Shown here piece after piece: positions 62,996-64,000 of a DNA stretch of 64,000 bases. The stretch comes from an uncultured Gammaproteobacteria bacterium (lineage in GTDB: Bacteria > Cyanobacteriota > Vampirovibrionia > Gastranaerophilales > CAJFVJ01), in contig CAYUHE010000005.1 in NCBI GenBank assembly GCA_964444415.1, positions 5,456-69,455 on the forward strand, written 5' to 3'. The notes below the pieces were generated by a model. The model was not told the DNA's origin and did no database searches. It saw nothing but the letters and a program-made list of their open reading frames with translations. Position numbers and translations under genes: made by a program. Position 1 is the first letter of the stretch. Each line of letters starts with the position of its first letter.

Positions 62996-63444
62996 AAAAC
63001 AAAAAACTTTTTATCACAGCTATAATAATTTTTATTTTGGACAGAATTACAAAATTTATAATTCTATCCAAACATATTCTTTATTACCCTATTGTCAAAG
63101 ATTACCTTAGCATAACATCCGTTGCCAACACAGGAGCGGCTTTCAGTATTCTTGAAAATCAACAATTATTTTTGGTAATCATATCATCATTAGCTATAAT
63201 TTTTTTCATATATTATTTTTCCAAAAAAAATACGGGGCTTTTACTGCAATTAGCTTGGGGATGCTTACTTGGCGGAGCATTAGGGAATTTATTTGATCGA
63301 ATTTCATACAAATGTGTGGTCGATTTTATAAACCTTGAATGCCTATCCTTCCCTATTTTCAACGTAGCTGACGTCGCAATAAGCTTTGGGGCTATATTCC
63401 TTTTTTATCATTATTTGTTTTTGGAAGGAAAGAAAAATGCCTGA
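62992..63444 (+). CDS. lspA: Lipoprotein signal peptidase (signal peptidase II)
   Basis: NTGAAFS, GGALGNLFDR, FNVADVAISFG. 4-nt overlap with the upstream gene. Confidence 0.9.
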   Translation: MKNKKLFITAIIIFILDRITKFIILSKHILYYPIVKDYLSITSVANTGAAFSILENQQLFLVIISSLAIIFFIYYFSKKNTGLLLQLAWGCLLGGALGNLFDRISYKCVVDFINLECLSFPIFNVADVAISFGAIFLFYHYLFLEGKKNA

Positions 63445-64000
63445 ATTGATTCAATTTATAACAGAAATTCAAGATATTGACGAAAGGCTTGATGTATATT
63501 TATCCAATGCTTTGGAAAATCTTTCAAGAAGCCGCATTCAAAAACTGATAAAAGAAGGTGCCATAAAAGTCAACGGCAATGAAATCAAAAGTTCCTACAG
63601 TCTCAAAGATTCTGATGAGATAGAGATAACCGTACCTGATGCCTCTGAGTTGAAGCTTGATGCTGAAGACATCCCTTTGGATATAAAATATGAGGATGCT
63701 GATATGCTTGTAGTAAACAAGCCCTCAGGTATGCTAACACACCCGACCTCTCTCGAAAGAAATAAAACATTAGTAAATGCTCTTTTGGCTTATTGTAAAG
63801 GCAGTTTGTCAGGAATAAACGGTATTATGCGCCCGGGGATTTTGCACAGGCTTGATAGAGATACATCAGGACTGCTAATGATAGCCAAAAATGACTTTGC
63901 ACACAATTTTTTGGCAGAACAAATCAAAGAAAAAACAGCTATAAGACAATATTTGGCATTTTGCCATGGAATTTTTAAAGATGATAAAGGTACAATAAAT
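63437..64000 (+). CDS. rluD: Pseudouridine synthase RluD (RluA family), N-terminal part; 3' end outside window
   Basis: My translation from ATG 63437 is MPELIQF...RLDVYLSN...SRSRIQKLIKEGAIKVNG (S4 domain), VVNKPSGMLTHP, HRLDRDTSGLLMIAKN. Not in the ORF track because the frame is open at the window end. Confidence 0.88.
   Translation, partial: MPELIQFITEIQDIDERLDVYLSNALENLSRSRIQKLIKEGAIKVNGNEIKSSYSLKDSDEIEITVPDASELKLDAEDIPLDIKYEDADMLVVNKPSGMLTHPTSLERNKTLVNALLAYCKGSLSGINGIMRPGILHRLDRDTSGLLMIAKNDFAHNFLAEQIKEKTAIRQYLAFCHGIFKDDKGTIN

Noticed and set aside
1-64000. Search for CRISPR arrays, tRNA/rRNA genes, IS elements/transposases, prophage or integrative-element boundaries
   Set aside because: I saw no regularly spaced direct repeats, no tRNA-like GTTCGAATC/T-loop contexts in the spacers, and no transposase or phage-like ORFs. 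The only recombinase is a XerC/D-type gene in a housekeeping context next to kdsB. Base composition looks uniform by eye, so there is no evident island.

Overview
This is an AT-rich, gene-dense chromosomal window with about 60 protein-coding genes. I saw no rRNA, tRNA, CRISPR array or recognisable IS/transposase. Gene content indicates a flagellated diderm bacterium. Envelope genes are kdsA, kdsB, lpxK, mlaE/F/D, lspA and an Slt-type transglycosylase. Motility and c-di-GMP genes are a 5'-truncated flhA, a PilZ protein, a flagellin-family gene and a TPR-GAF-HD-GYP phosphodiesterase. Housekeeping blocks are the rpsF-ssb-rpsR trio, dapF, the riboflavin genes ribE-ribBA-ribH, the polyamine genes speD-speE-speB, alr, tadA, mnmA, gshB, a ThiF/MoeB E1-like enzyme, a two-component system, and tandem SNF2 and Ski2-like helicases. 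Taxonomic placement beyond 'low-GC diderm' cannot be made without a database search. The most unusual content is a tandem pair of very large paralogous Asn/Thr/Tyr-rich proteins (22288-28475). They have no signal peptide and share a twin Ca-loop (EF-hand/dockerin-like) module and a conserved C-terminal tail. The second copy is preceded by a near-consensus sigma-28 (FliA) promoter. The first copy shares an identical 21-nt upstream motif with a distant small orphan gene. Other points of interest:
- an orphan CheD-like deamidase-fold protein;
- a non-canonical gene set downstream of flhA (PilZ, a small membrane protein and an atypical P-loop NTPase where flhF/flhG are usually found);
- several strongly structured intergenic elements (9123-9353, 31304-31378, 54843-54940);
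- a few SD-preceded mini-ORFs.
Several ORF-track starts are TTG/GTG extensions, and I re-called those starts where an ATG with a Shine-Dalgarno sequence fits better.
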